Virus record (IMG/VR): IMGVR_UViG_3300032292_000703
Coordinates: 2,964 to 66,963 of that record
Direction: 5' to 3' (one strand)
Length of the DNA: 64,000 nucleotides
DNA from: a virus
Lineage: Duplodnaviria > Caudoviricetes
The position numbers and the translations under genes are program-made. Position 1 is the stretch's first letter, and each line of letters starts with the position of its first letter. Below the pieces are notes generated by a model, which ran no database searches, had not been told where the DNA came from, and worked only from the letters and a program-made list of their open reading frames with translations. Below are positions 63,981-64,000 of the stretch, piece by piece.

Positions 63981-64000
63981 ATGGCTATACAACAAGGTAA
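63981..64000 (+). CDS. Start of the next gene (MAIQQG...), truncated by the window edge
   Basis: ATG one base after the upstream TAA, matching the operon spacing. Confidence 0.45.

Noticed and set aside
1-64000. Active stop-codon reassignment
   Set aside because: Standard code already gives near-complete coding density with intact multi-kb ORFs; no gene appears interrupted by TAG or TGA

Overview
The window is an AT-rich segment of a large tailed dsDNA phage with a divergent T4-like (myovirus) morphogenesis module. About 60 CDS lie almost all on the + strand. Positions 1-11.3 kb are an accessory region: a phage tmRNA, three glycosyltransferase-like genes, a partial sulfotransferase-like gene, PhoH, an HD hydrolase, Hsp20 and a gp55/sigma-like factor. 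Positions 11.4-31.2 kb encode baseplate and adhesin proteins (gp5-, gp25-, gp6- and gp7-like, PKD/LRR, beta-propeller/dockerin). Positions 31.5-36.2 kb are a DNA-processing block (RuvC-like, primase, fused Mre11-Rad50). Positions 38.6-57.4 kb are the head module (terminase, portal, gp21 protease, scaffold, gp23 capsid) with many putative internal head proteins and a 2H phosphoesterase. Positions 57.4-64 kb encode neck proteins (gp13/14/15-like) and fibre-like proteins. Four patterns stand out. (1) A TATTTAT(A/T) motif lies just upstream of about 18 start sites, mostly without a Shine-Dalgarno sequence, and a candidate cognate sigma factor is in the window. (2) A family of proteins shares an N-terminal KLxxL(I/L)xE leader resembling a capsid-targeting/protease-cleavage signal. 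(3) A baseplate paralog appears split over two genes around adhesin modules. (4) There is a structured leader before the scaffold-capsid operon. All family assignments come from motif recognition by eye; no database searches were run.
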